A stretch of DNA of 63,994 nt, filler included, from Olpidium bornovanus S191 (GCA_017911155.1; 33 parts of 33 records of this genome joined end to end with filler, not necessarily neighbours in it); one strand, 5' to 3'; shown: positions 47,024 through 59,453, counted from the whole stretch's first letter. A program made the numbers and translations. The notes: generated from the sequence alone by a model not told the origin.

Positions 47024-47621
47024 TTGGTCGTCGAAAATTCTGTCAGAGACCGGCTCCCCCACTTCCTTCTCCTGGCCAAGCACGCAGACACGGCCCGCTC
47101 GACTGTTATGGGCGCCGTTGGCGAGGTAGATGAGACGGCGGACGTAGCGGACCTGCGGCAGGCCGTCCTCCGCACAGCGCCACGGCTCAAACAGTGCGGC
47201 TTCTCGGGAGACGGCGCGTCTGCGCTTGTTGGTAGCGGTTGGGGCGGTAACCACCCCGGACCCCATGAAACCGCCCGCACCGGAGACGATGGCACGAACA
47301 CTGCTGTTCGGACTCACGGGCACCTTGCCGCCCACGACGTGTCAGGACTGGGTTCTGTTGCGGATTACGAAAACTTGTTGCCGGAGTGGAAAGATATAAC
47401 GTGTTTTCTCGACCACGCAACTCGAGGTGAGGCAGGTTTCTCTCTTCTTCTCATTCTCCCTCTTCTCACGGCCCGACGGCGGCACGTGGTCCAGAGCTCT
47501 CTCGCCAACGCCGTTCCGCCGCTCGACCATGCCAGTCTTCTACACCTTGGCCGTTTCAAGAATAAACACGACTGATTCCGTGGCTGTTCGAAACTTGCAG
47601 ATATGGGGGCGGGGCAACTAG
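47024..47621 (+). CDS. Hypothetical protein fragment
   Basis: Open frame ENSVRDRLPHFLLLAKH...DYENLLPEWKDITCFLDHATR with a GTGAGG donor at ~47427. The possible last exon ends ...SVAVRNLQIWGRGN*. Confidence 0.4.
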
Positions 47622-48089
47622 TCCAACTCGAATCGTTCACGCTGTGGGAGGCGATGGGCGCGACAGAGGTACGACGGGCTCCAATTCGTTCGCGTGCATC
47701 CTTACGGATCGGCGAGAGCCTCACCGGACGCCCTGCTCATTCGTTGCAGATTATGGACCCAAAGATGGATAGCGGATTGAATCTTGACAAAGNNNNNNNN
47801 NNNNNNNNNNNNNNNNNNNNNNNNNNNNNNNNNNNNTTAATTAATTAANNNNNNNNNNNNNNNNNNNNNNNNNNNNNNNNNNNNNNNNNNNNCATGCGCA
47901 TTGTCGTCGAGGTTGAGATGCCGGACAAAACCCGAAACCCGCGGCACAGGAAAAAAAAAAATAATAATAATAATAAAATGAAATAAAAAGCCTTCCGGAC
48001 CGCATTTTGGAGACGGCGGAAAAACGCAACGGTTCGACTCGAATTGATTTGCCCTCTTCCCTTCGCCGCCGCCGCTCCCTTTTCCGCAG

Positions 48090-49527
48090 GCGCAAAATGG
48101 GAGTACAACCCGGAAGTAAGGGACTCTACCCTCTCCACCCCCATTTCCCAGTCGGACGGCGGCGGCCCCTGCAAAAAAAAAAAAAAAAAAAAAAAAAAGG
48201 AAGGACAACTCCGTGGTGACGCCGGTCGCGTTTCCGGGGCCGCTGCAGACCCAAACCATCAAGCTGCAGGGCTCGAAGAAGTCGATCCGAAAGTCGCTGA
48301 GGCTGATGGAAAAACGTGCCAACCTGAGCGCGGAGCCGGACGCCGGCGCGGACGCGCAGCCCGCGGGGCAGCCGGCGCCCCCCGGGTTCAGGATCATCCA
48401 GGCGGGGGTGAAGTCCGTGGGCTTGAAAGGCCTGAAGACGTCGACGCTGTCGGAGACCATCGAAGACCGCGAGCGGGCCAGCCGCATCGCGCAGCGGCCG
48501 GTGCAGGGCTACTTCGTGTGCCGCGACGTCGCCTTCCTGCCCGACGACTACATGCACTTCGATCCCGTCGTCACGCACGACGGCAAGAGGTCGGCGTACG
48601 GGACGTTGAAGAGGATCCCGGAGAAAGCGGGCTTCACGCGGGGGCCCGCGGCGCTCGTCCGCGAGACTCCCGACATGCTGAAGCAGCTCTCGCTGTTCAA
48701 CCACGAGGAGAAGGCGGAGCTCGTCCTGAGGACGTTCATGATGCTCGCCACCACCTCGGCTTTCACGAAACCCAAGGTCCGTGCGCTGAGGCCTGGGGGC
48801 CCGATCTCGACGTCCGCCTGTGACGGTTCGCGCGCGTTTTTGAAGTCTCCGAGCGGGGTTTGCTGCCAATCTCCGCCTCACTCCTTCCCTCCAAAAAAAA
48901 AAAAAAAAAAAATCACAACAACAACAAAAAAATGATTTCCGGTTCGCGCCGCGCGCTCGCGGAGGTGTGTGTGTGTGTGTGGGCGGGAACCAAGAGCAGG
49001 CGTCCGTGCGGTTCGTCGTCGGGAAGCAGCTGTTCACGCGGTCCCGCACGCGGGAGCTGCCGCCGCCGGATGCCGTTCTCACCTTCCCGGCCATGAGGCC
49101 GTTCACCGACGGGAACGAGGGGACGGTGAAGTCCGTGTTCAACTCTCAGCTGACGAAAGCCTGCGCCTTGCGGCTCGAGAACGCCGTGCGCGGCGGGTTC
49201 GGCTTCCGGTACCGGGGCGAGCGCTGCGAGGTCAAGGCCAGGGTGCTGGACCTGATAAACGAGACGCGCCACGACGTCGTGTTCGACCTCGACCCGTCCG
49301 ACCCCAGGCTCGTCCCGGTGAAGGTTTCGAAGGCGAATTGCCACGTCGACCACGCCACGTTTCTCAGCGTGGCCGGGAGGCTGGATTTCAGACTCCGGGT
49401 GGTGGCGAAGGAAGAAATACCGAAGCCCGCGGCAGCCCTCCGCCGGCAGGCGGGCCCCGCCCCGGCGGCCGCCGGCAAAGACGCGGGAAGGTCGGAGGCG
49501 GAGGGCGGAGGGGCGGGAGGGGAGGAG

Positions 49528-49563
<36 letters not shown>

Positions 49564-49989
49564 AAGGCGGAGAACGACCTGGAGACCGAGGAGCGCCGGC
49601 GGGGGCGGACGGCGCAGGACGAGACGGCGGACGCGCTGTGGAGATTCGCGCAGAGCTTCACGTGGGCGCGGGCGCCCGCCGAGGCGCAGCGCCCGGCCAT
49701 AACGATCGAGTACCCCACGGCGGGCACGCAGTTCGTCGTGGGGACGTGGCAGCGGGTCCGGAAGCGGGTCTTCGAAGGCGCACACCCCCGGCCGGCCGCG
49801 TCCGGCGGCGCGGACGAGTACCGCGTGAAGATATCCCGGGTCGAGCCCTCGGACGGCGCCAGGTACTACGGGGCGACGGGCTCGAGCCTGACGATCAACC
49901 GGGACGTCACGAAGAGCAGCTACGAGCGGCTGCTCAACCTGACGCAGTTCGCGAAGCTGATCAGCGATCCCGGCGTCGCGAGCTGCTGA
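48090..49989 (+). CDS. Hypothetical multi-exon protein (>550 aa visible), possibly with a CYTH/TTM-like beta fold
   Basis: Exons ~48090-48115, ~48204-48777 and ~49000-49989 have strongly G/C-ending codons. Motifs VRFVVGKQLF, LDFRLRVVAKEEI, RVRKRVFE and YRVKISRVE. Confidence 0.7.
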
Positions 49990-51269
49990 AGGAAGGGGGC
50001 GGCCCTTTCCTCCTGCATTTGGCTCTTTTTCCTCTCCCTTTTTTTTTTTTTTTTTTGCTGGGATGCCGTCGTTTTTCCTCTCGGGTTTTGCGTTCGGGAT
50101 CCTGCGCGCCCCTTCCCAATTCTTCTTTGCGCGCATCCCGGCCTCCCGCTCCCCCCACCAACCCGCGTGCGGCTCGCCAATCGCCAGCACGTACTGTATA
50201 CCCCAAAATTTCTGCCGCTCGATCAAAACGGAAAAATCGTCCCGTGGTGTAAGCGCAGCCGGGCCCGTTTCGCGCCTGCGCAAGATGCTCGCGATTGGAG
50301 GGTGTGGTTCGTTCAGACTTGCCTCGCAGCAAGGGGAAAAAAAAAAANNNNNNNNNNNNNNNNNNNNNNNNNNNNNNNNNNNNNNNNNNNNTTAATTAAT
50401 TAANNNNNNNNNNNNNNNNNNNNNNNNNNNNNNNNNNNNNNNNNNNNCATGTAATTCTGAGCACCCCCGCGTTTTTACCGAACTTCGACACGCGATTTCG
50501 CGGGCCCCACCACACCAATTCCCACGATATTTGGCGGAAACCACCGCCTCACTCGCGCGCACCTCTCCGCAAAGTTATAGACCGATCGGCGGCCAGACTG
50601 CAGAGAACGCAAAAAAAAACATCTTAAAACAGAGCACTTTTGGCCTTCTGTTGACGACTGCAAAGTGGGGACACGTTCAATCGGCGAACGTCAACACAGG
50701 CAAACTCTCCTCCCCGAGGCGCATCCGCTGCAGCAAATAGATCAGGAATTGGAGGCTTCTCCGCTCAGAACAAGACCTCCGAAGTTTGAGAAAACTGCAC
50801 CCCCTTCTCTTTTTCAAGAGAAATGTATTTGGCCATCTCTACCATCCTCCCTGCCCATTTGCAAAAGATTTTCCTCTCCCTTTTTTTTTTCTCTTTTTCG
50901 TTTTCCTGCCGTCTACGTAAAAAAATTCCACGTTCAAAAAAAACCCTGTCATCGAAATAAAAGGGAAACGGGGTCGAAGCCGAGATTGCCGTCGGGCTGT
51001 TGCCAGGTCGAAGTCGAGAGGAGCTAAGGTTTGAGCCCCCACTGTGCCGCCGGCCCAGGAGCGGGAGCGCCCGTCTGCGCGACGACTTCGCGATCGTTTT
51101 TTCCCGCGTCTCTGTGGGAGCGTCCTGCCTCTTTTCGGTCTCGTTCGCCCTCTTCTTTGCGAACCCCTCCCTGGATCGCGAGCCCCCGACGGGCACGGGT
51201 CCGCTACCTGCCATCTGCCATCCTATCCTTTGTCTCATCGAGCGCCGCGTAAACCTGTCCCCCTCGACA

Positions 51270-51505
51270 TCGAGAGCGCTCCAAGGCGTCCCGACCTTGA
51301 CAGCGGTCTATTCCCATGGTCGCTGGTTGGTCTCTTCCGTCTCGCTCGCCTCCGCCCGGGGTCCGTTGCGGAGTGCGTTGGCGGACGGCTTGTGCATGCA
51401 CCATCCCGGTGCGGCGCGTCTGATCGGCTCCCTCTCCAAAAAGTACTTCTGGCCAAGTCTCGCCAAGGACGCCCGCGCCTGGTGCGCATCGTGCGATACC
51501 TGCCA
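51270..51505 (+). mobile_element. Ty3/Gypsy LTR-retrotransposon integrase Zn-binding (H2C2) fragment
   Basis: MHHPGAARLIGSLSKKYFWPSLAKDARAWCASCDTC matches the HxG...YxWPxL...CxxC signature. Cut by the contig end. Confidence 0.88.
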
Positions 51506-51821
51506 NNNNNNNNNNNNNNNNNNNNNNNNNNNNNNNNNNNNNNNNNNNNTTAATTAATTAANNNNNNNNNNNNNNNNNNNNNNNNNNNNNNNNNNNNNNN
51601 NNNNNCCTCTGGGCTCTGGGTAATGTACCGCTTCCCGTGGCGCACTGTCTGAAAAGTCGGAGCGGCCTATATGCAGCCGGGGCGCGTTATGACGACGACG
51701 ACGACGACGCCTGATGACGAATCATGAGCTGCTGACTGTGTTGCGAACGCGCCGCCCGTACCTTTTTGTTTCCTGTCGCACCCGCGTTGCCGCCTCGCCC
51801 TTTTGTTCGCCGGGCGCGCAG

Positions 51822-52940
51822 GCTCGCTGGGCGAGTCCGTCGTCTACACGCACGTGTTCTTAACGCGCATGTTCCCCAGCACCAGGACCCATGAAACGGT
51901 GGCGATGGCATGCTCGTGGTTCGGTTTCGTGGCCGGGTACGCCGCGTACTCTATGATGCTTCTTCGATGGGTCAAGATATCCAGGGGAATTTTCATGGGC
52001 ACAAAGCTTATCGAGTACATGCGGAACTATTACGAGGTAGCAGGATAGGCGGAATTGGGGAAGTCGTCGGCCAATTTCTCTTTCCTCGCCTTCCGCGACA
52101 CCCGGATTCAAATTTCCTTCCGCGATGACCTATTTTTGATCCGATTGCCCATCTTCGGCGCCCCCCGGCTCCTCCCCCTCCTCCCAAAAAAAAGGTGTTC
52201 TGCGTTGCCTCCGTCGTCTACGTCTTCATAAACGCCACGGTGCTGGTCGTCGCGCTGCAGGTGGAGAACATGGCCTTCCGTTTTGCGATTATTGTCACGG
52301 CGTCCAACGTCCTCGGGATCACTCTTCTCGTCCAGTCGGCGGGGATGATCTACTACGGGGCCTGGCTGCTTCGCGCATTTCGCCGGGCGAAATACTCAGA
52401 GGTGTTGTACGGGCAGCACGTGCTCGCGAAGAAGGTGGGCGGATCGCCGCTTGCGATCAGGGGCGTATTGCTTCGCCGGGGCGGACTTGGAGTACGCAGA
52501 AAACCGCGAGGCCGGAACTGGGGATTTCGGGGGGGGGTGGGGGGGGGGGGGGGAGAAGGGGTAATGAGGGGAATTAGCCAAAAAAAGTTTTTATTTGTTT
52601 CCCCCTTTTAACGGCTTAGCCTTTTGCGGGCAAAACGTTTTCGAACCAGATCACGATCCTCGGGCTGACGGGCGTGGTGGGCTTCGTCGTGATCGCGTTC
52701 TCGGTGACGGGGCTAGCGTACAACGCGTTCTTCAGCCCGACGGCCTTCTTCCTCCACCTGCTCGTGCGCCCGGGGACTACGCTCCTAATGCTCTCGCTGA
52801 CGCTCTACACCTTGCGCCTGCACGGCGTCTCGGTCGCCGCGGCCGACTCGCCCAACAGTACACTCGTCGACGGCGGGACGACCGACAACTCCTCCGCGGT
52901 CGATTCGCCGGGCATGACCGTTTCCCGACCGCCGGTGTGA
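51822..52940 (+). CDS. Multi-pass membrane protein, THH1/TOM1/TOM3 (GPR137-like) family candidate, 3' exons
   Basis: Exons 51822-52036, 52195-52434 and 52650-52940 splice in frame and give ~5 hydrophobic helices. AYSMMLLRW and AGMIYYGAWLLRAFRR resemble family motifs. Confidence 0.55.
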
Positions 52941-53134
52941 AGGGCAAAAAAAAATAAGGGGCCGCGGTCGCGACGCCCGCCCGCACGCGCATGCTCCGCG
53001 CTCCGCGTCTGCCGAAGCCGGTGGGGGAGGGAGNNNNNNNNNNNNNNNNNNNNNNNNNNNNNNNNNNNNNNNNNNNNTTAATTAATTAANNNNNNNNNNN
53101 NNNNNNNNNNNNNNNNNNNNNNNNNNNNNNNNNC

Positions 53135-54155
53135 ATGGAATTTGGCGGGAGCGGTGACTTCCTGAGCTCGTCGAGGAAGGAAACGCGAAATACGTACATC
53201 GACCTCGCGTCCGGCCAGCGGAGGGGCAGCCTGACCAGAACCAAAGACCGGCATTATTACGGTACGAAAATATACTACGAGGGCATCAAAATTCCAATAC
53301 GAGTTCCCATGGCGCTCTTTCCTGAAGAAGTCGGCGACGTGAGTGATTTGGGGGCGCGGTCGGAGGGTGGAGGTTGGGGGGTGGGGGGGAGGGGGGGGGA
53401 GGACGATACTTTTTGTTGGTATGTGGGTCGGTGCGCAAATCAGAAAAATGATCGACGTTCTTGGTTTGCACATTGGCCTGACTTTATTCACCCGTTCCAA
53501 CAGTTCTCACTCATCAAGCTCGTCAGTATTTTCACGCCATCGTCGCCGCACATTTTCTCCCACCCGTACCATCCACATTTGGATTCCTGCGGGCCCAACA
53601 CCCCGCCAATTATATTGCTCCTGAATGCGATGCTCACGATGAAGAGGATTATTTTTCTGGGCCACGGCCGCACGTCTGGGGAGGTGTGCAATTGCGTCCT
53701 TGCTGCGTGCGCTATGGCCAGCGGCGGCGGTGCCATCCTCCGTGGGTTCGCAGAGAGGGCTTTCCCGTACACCAACTTGACCCAGGTCGACACACTGCTG
53801 CAGTTGTGAGTTTTTCCGTTCTCTATTTCCCCACAGCACACCTTGGTACACGAGCGGCTCTCGGGCGTGGTGGATTTTGTTTGTGCGCCATTCTGCTGCA
53901 CACCTCGCGACGGAATGTGTTGTCGGACATCAGCTTACGCTCTGCTTCTGCGGATCACCTCGGGATTTTCCAGTCCGGGGTTCATTGCAGGAGTCACTAA
54001 CCCGAATTTTGAGGAGCACCCAAATTGGTGGGACGTGTGCTGCAACTTGACCACAGGGAAGATCACCGTCAGCCCGAACATTGCGCCCGCGCAAATAAAA
54101 GCACCTGCGTTCGCAGGCGCGGCAGGCGCAGACGGGGATGACATCGAATTCATGA
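53135..54155 (+). CDS. AFI1: Afi1/MesA polarity-axis stabilisation (DENN-like SPA domain) protein, internal fragment
   Basis: IPIRVPMALFPEEVGD|FSLIKLV...HPHL...TPPIILLLNAMLTMKRIIFLGH...VCNCVLAACAMASGG...RAFPYTNL...PGFIAGVTNP.FE....WWDVCCNLTTGKITVS. Confidence 0.9.
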
Positions 54156-54422
54156 NNNNNNNNNNNNNNNNNNNNNNNNNNNNNNNNNNNNNNNNNNNNT
54201 TAATTAATTAANNNNNNNNNNNNNNNNNNNNNNNNNNNNNNNNNNNNNNNNNNNNCATGTCAACCATCCGTGCGGTTATCTTTTTGCGTGAAAGAGTGTT
54301 TCGGTGCGCCACAGGCGTGTTTAGTTTTTCGGCCTTCTTTACGCCCTTCGATACATACGAACCGCTGCGACCACGACCGGAAAAAAAAACAACAAAATTC
54401 CAAATGTGATTGATCCCTGCAG

Positions 54423-54740
54423 GAATTTGCGGTAATGTGTCTTTCTTTTTCTTTTCTGCGACGGTGGGGCCGTCGCGGAGGGAAGCGGCCAGCGTCTCGG
54501 ACGACTCGGTTGATGACCAACATCCGCAGGAAACCATCCCGCACCTGCTTTTTCCAGTCAAAGGCTTTCCTCGACGTCTACCGGGAGCTTTGCCTGCGGC
54601 ACGGGGTTGTCCCGATCGGCCTGCTTCGGGCTCCCGACGCAGCAATGGGCAACAAACTGCCGTTCGTGTACACCAACCCGCTCCCGTCACTTATTGTAAA
54701 GTCGACGGATCTGATCTACGTGCTGAAGAGCGGCAGCTGA
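54423..54740 (+). CDS. Calcium-activated (BK/Slo-type) potassium channel, C-terminal RCK2 exons
   Basis: EFA|SKAFLDVYRELCLRHGVVPIGLLRAPD..GNKLPFVYTNPLPSLIVKSTDLIYVL* matches the BK tail motif IGLxR...V.TNP......DxIYVL. Confidence 0.78.
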   Translation, partial: EFAVMCLSFSFLRRWGRRGGKRPASRTTRLMTNIRRKPSRTCFFQSKAFLDVYRELCLRHGVVPIGLLRAPDAAMGNKLPFVYTNPLPSLIVKSTDLIYVLKSGS

Positions 54741-55877
54741 GCGTCGGGCTCGAGTCGTTTTATATATATTCCACGCTTATTAAACGGAAAAATAAAAAAA
54801 GGGAGGGAGAAATTATGTGTCGTGGAAGAGAAAAAAACGCCGATAATTTTACTTCATTCTTCAAAGTTGAAGAAAGGGGCGGTGGTGGTGGGGCGGGCAG
54901 GAGGGGGAAAGGGGGGGGGGGGGGGGGTGGGGGGGGAACACTCGACGAGCAGGCGCTGCAGGGTCGAAAGGCGCCCGACAAAGGGCGAGGCGAGACAGCG
55001 CCGACGCGTCGGTCGGCGGAATCATCGACAGTACGAGTCTGAATTGGCGTGCGCGGTGACGGGTGCTCCAGCAGTTTGCCCCCGGCAAGCGCCCATCCTA
55101 TCCCTACGGAGACTATTTCCCTCCCGCGGGCCTCCGCAGCGCAGCGTTTGGGATCTGTTTAGTTGCTGGCGAAGTCATTTTTGTCTCCATCTCCCGTTTG
55201 CCACGTTCCAGTGCGCCAAGGACGACAAGGGATCACCAATGGTCCTCTTCGTTCCTCCGCAACTCCCTGATTCAGCCTAAAATGACTTCTACAAGGCGGG
55301 GCGAGGAGGACTGGCGACGTTTTCGCAAAATACGAATCCACGGAACGCCCCTCCAAAGCCCTGCGATGCCGGCAGGGAGGCTGCCCCGCGCTACTTTGCA
55401 GGTGTGGCAATATCAAAAAAGAAAAACAACTCCGGTGCCGCTGCACGGCGCCAACAGGGATATCGCGAGGTCGCTCGCGCGAAAATCTCATTGTACCGTA
55501 CAGCATCGACAGTAAGTGAAGGGCGACCGAATGAACGGACCCAGAAATGGTTTTTTTTTTTTTTTTTTTTTTTTTTCTTTTTTGTTTTTTTACCGTTTTC
55601 CGCGCTTTGCCGTTTGGTTGTGCGCTGTCGAAAGGCAGATTTGGGCGCCTTCGCGGGCANNNNNNNNNNNNNNNNNNNNNNNNNNNNNNNNNNNNNNNNN
55701 NNNTTAATTAATTAANNNNNNNNNNNNNNNNNNNNNNNNNNNNNNNNNNNNNNNNNNNNAAGCCGCCGCTCTCGATAAATCAATCCGAAATGCGGTCGAC
55801 GCGATGTCGGCGGCGAAGGTGCGGCCTTTCGTTCGGTCCGGACGTGCCGACCATCCCGCTGACCCCTCTACGCTGAC

Positions 55878-56787
55878 ATGATCTCGGTCCATCGGAATCG
55901 GGGTGTCTTGCGTACGTCCCAGCTGCGACTTACGGCACACCTTCTTAGTCAGCTTGCTAGCGTGTCCGACCTCTCGTCGCACGTTGCCGCCATACCGCTG
56001 GCGTTGAAGCAGCTGGAGGAAGTCATCGAGGAGCAGGTTGCGGACTTCCGGCAGCTCGTCCACGTCAACCGGATTCCTGCGGCATACGTACGTGACCTTC
56101 ATTTCAAGAGACGCGAAGCTCGGGTGTCGAAGTCGTGAACAGGCTAACGCCCGGCGCTGTGAAGGCCGCGTGCCTGGTTGAGATCTGCAGAAGACAGCAG
56201 TACAAAACGGTAGGATTTTTGCCGCCGTCTCCATCTTTTTCTGCTTCCGTTGATTTTCCAAACGTCGATTATGACGTCCCTCAGTTGTTCCGTTTGCATG
56301 TTTATCTGTCTGTTTATTTGCTTAGTTTTTTTCTTGAGATCGTTTCTTGGTTTATTTGCTTGCGTGTTTGCCTGCTTGCGTTCTTCTCGTCTGCTTTGAT
56401 TTGCTGAATTGCACGAAGCGGACGTTAGCTCAGCGCTTCCCACCGCTCGTCTTATTTTGACTGCGTATATGGAATTCACGTTGACATGTTATAGTTTTCT
56501 AGGTCCTTCTCGACCAGGCGGAACGCCTGGCCGACGGGATGAGTAAAATCCGTGGCCAGGAACAACGACGGCGCGAATACTTCGCCCAGGCCATTAGCAG
56601 ATACCTCCCGTTTTCCGTCCCTGGTGAAGTACGCGTGATGAGGCGGTCATCTCGGTTGCCGGGTTTCATGCTCAACTGATGCCGGACGACCGCCTGACGA
56701 CAGGCTTGAACGAACCAACCCCCGACTGCAAAATCAGCGTTGACGACTTGCGGGACAGCCTGCCGGAGGTGTCCGAGAACGACGTGA
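55878..56787 (+). CDS. ATG11: Atg11 selective-autophagy scaffold, internal exons
   Basis: FRQLVHVNRIPAAY|AACLVEICRRQQYKT|VLLDQAERLADGMSKIRGQEQRRREYF...LPFSVP|GLNEPTP...LPEVSENDV. Exon ends and starts at 56087, 56165-56209, 56503-56623 and 56704 splice in frame. Confidence 0.85.
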
Positions 56788-57311
56788 NNNNNNNNNNNNN
56801 NNNNNNNNNNNNNNNNNNNNNNNNNNNNNNNTTAATTAATTAANNNNNNNNNNNNNNNNNNNNNNNNNNNNNNNNNNNNNNNNNNNNGGTGCCGAAGTCG
56901 GGACCGGGGGCTCTGTGTGTGTGGGGGGGGTAGGAGGGAACGCCACCAGGTATCAGTTTGTCTTATCACGGGGTGCAAAACTTTGAACTGCCTGTGAGAG
57001 GAACATGCAAAGCAGTACCGTCGGTACGGTCAGGTAGACGGAGAGCCCGGCGGAGGAGGGAAGCCCCGTGGGAGTTGAATTCCATGAAGTGATTGCTGTT
57101 TGTGCCGGGGAAAGGGAGGGGAGGGGGGAAGGGGAAGAGGAGGGGTGGGAAGGGAGAGAACCCGAATGTTTGTCAGGAAAAAAAAAACACCAAAAGAATC
57201 GCCCCACCCAACGCGACTCCGCGTCTCCGAAGCTTCGGGGCCCTCGGCGCGCCACGCCGAGAAAAAAGAATAAAAACTTTCTTCTTCCCCCACAACCCAA
57301 AAAAAACTTTA

Positions 57312-58100
57312 CATGAGATTCTCCTGCTTCGCGGACTGCTTGGGCTTCGCGCCTTTCGCCTCGGCGCCAGCGGCGGCGGCGGTGCCGACCACGAGGTTCT
57401 CGTCCAAGATGTAGCTGCCTTGGCTCGCGATGGCGTCGGGCAGCGGCCGGCTCCCGCGACGGGTGCTCGCGTCGCCCGCGAAGCTTTTCCGTGTGGCGCT
57501 CGTACAGGGGTCGCCCGGCGCGGACCGTGATGTTCTGCGGGGGGGCACCCGAAAAACCAAAAAACAAAAAAAAATTATAATAAAAAATATAAAAAATAAA
57601 ACAAAGAACCGCCCCGCGAAGCACCTTGTATCAGGCGTCAAAATACAGGGCCGCAAGGGGACGTACCGGCCCTTCCGCCGTCCCCTCCTCGTTTCCCCTC
57701 TTTTCCTCTCCTCCTCCCCACCTTTCTTCTTCCCGACGCACTATCTCCCCGACTTACCCTGTTGCCAGCTCCATCCTCCGCGCTTTCGTGCGCAGGTAAT
57801 CCTGCGCGATGTGAAAGTCACAATACTTGCCGAAACGGCTGAAGAAAGGGGCGGGGTTGGGGGGGGGGGGAAGCAAGCAACGAGGCGTTGTAAGGAGAAG
57901 GGATTGATATAAACCGCTCGCGAAAAATAATATCCCCCCTTCCCGCCCACACCCCCCGCCCCCTCCCTCGCGCGCGCGCGCACCTGTCGATGGCGGTGTT
58001 GCAAACCGATCCGTTTCGGCCGACGCCGGCGCAAGAGGCCAGGTCGAGCGAGGCGCCCGTTTTGAGAACCTTGGCGCCGCAGCTGACGCGCAGGCCCAGG
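57312..58100 (-). CDS. MCM10: Mcm10 replication factor, zinc-finger region, internal exons
   Basis: KVLKTGASLDLASCAGVGRNGSVCNTAID|SRFGKYCDFHIAQDYLRTKARRMELAT|G matches the Mcm10 CCCH finger (G.S.DLG.C...K.G..C...YC..H...R.EL). Confidence 0.85.
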
Positions 58101-58170
58101 CAACTCGGCAGCTTCGCCGGGTGTTTTTTATTTTTATTTTTATTTTTGGTTTGGAAAGGGTGTTATTCTT

Positions 58171-58236
<66 letters not shown>

Positions 58237-58642
58237 CCCCCCAAAAAAAAAANNNNNNNNNNNNNNNNNNNNNNNNNNNNNNNNNNNNNNNNNNNNTTAA
58301 TTAATTAANNNNNNNNNNNNNNNNNNNNNNNNNNNNNNNNNNNNNNNNNNNNGCGGGCGGGGGCGGGGGGGGGGGGGGGGTGGGGGGGGGGGGGGGGGGG
58401 GGGGGGGCCCGGGGGCGGGGGGGGGGGGGGGGGTTTCCGTTTTTTTTTTTTTTTTTTTTTTTTGATCTCCGCCTCTGCGGGGGAATCCGCGGCGGGGACT
58501 TTCCTCACACCCGCCGCCGCCGAGCACTAAGTCGCTTCAGATTTCGTCATTCCTCTCTCAAAGAGCATTATCCCGGGAGAAAAACGAGCCCGTTTCCCCC
58601 ACGCCCCTCTCGCGCCGCCGCCGCCACCGCCGCCGCGGAATT

Positions 58643-59194
58643 ATGGCCGCCGCGGGCGCCGCCAAGCAAGGGTTTTTCCGCTGGGCCAACGGGGCCTACC
58701 AGCGCTCCATGCAGCGCCGGCCGATGGCCACCCTGTGCGCCGTGAACGGCGCCCTGGCCTGCGTTTCGGACTGCCTGGCCCAGAACCTCAACGCCGTGCT
58801 GGGCGAGACGGAGGCCCGCCGGAAGTCCGAGGAGCAGCTCAAGCGCTCGCCCAGCCACAAGGCGCTCGAGCGGGAGTTCGGGCCCGGCCACCGCGCCGCC
58901 CACGGCCGCGACCCCCCCGCCGCCGCCGGCACCACCGCCGCCGGGTACGACCCCGTGCGCACCCTCCGCCTGGGCGCCTACGGCGTCGGCGTCGCCCCCG
59001 TCGTCCAGACCTGGTTCCTCGTCTTGGACAGGTGGTTCCCTCTCCCTTCCGGCGCTTCCGCGGGCGTCGTCGCGAAGGCGGTGGCGAAAAGGGTTCTCGC
59101 CGACCAGACCCTGTTCGCCCCCGTCGGCCTCGCCGCGTTCTTCTCCGTCATGGCCGTCCTGGAGGGCAAGGACGTCAAGCAGCGTTTCCAGGAC
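58643..59194 (+). CDS. Mpv17/PMP22 (Sym1-like) membrane protein, first exon
   Basis: YQRSMQRRPMATLCAVNGALACVSDCLAQ, YDPVRTLRLGAYG, WFLVLDRWFP and KRVLADQTLFAPVGLAAFF. Donor GTGAGG at 59195. Confidence 0.92.
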
Positions 59195-59391
59195 GTGAGG
59201 GCAATTTTTTTTTTCTCCGCAAAACTCTCGGCGCTGGGCAAAGAAAAGGGGAGAGGGGGCGTCCGGCTCCTCGTAATGCCGGCGTTCCAACTTCGCGATC
59301 GGCGTCTTCGATCTCACAGTTTTTCGTTGTCGGCCCCCCCCCCCCCTTCTCCCGAATTTTCCCCCAATCCGCTCCCTTCCACTCCTCCCCA

Positions 59392-59453
<62 letters not shown>

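Noticed and set aside
48913-50283. 456-aa - strand ORF, and similar shadow ORFs such as 58568-59392 and 48969-50252
   Set aside because: They are antisense or alternate-frame shadows of GC3-rich real exons. High GC suppresses stop codons.
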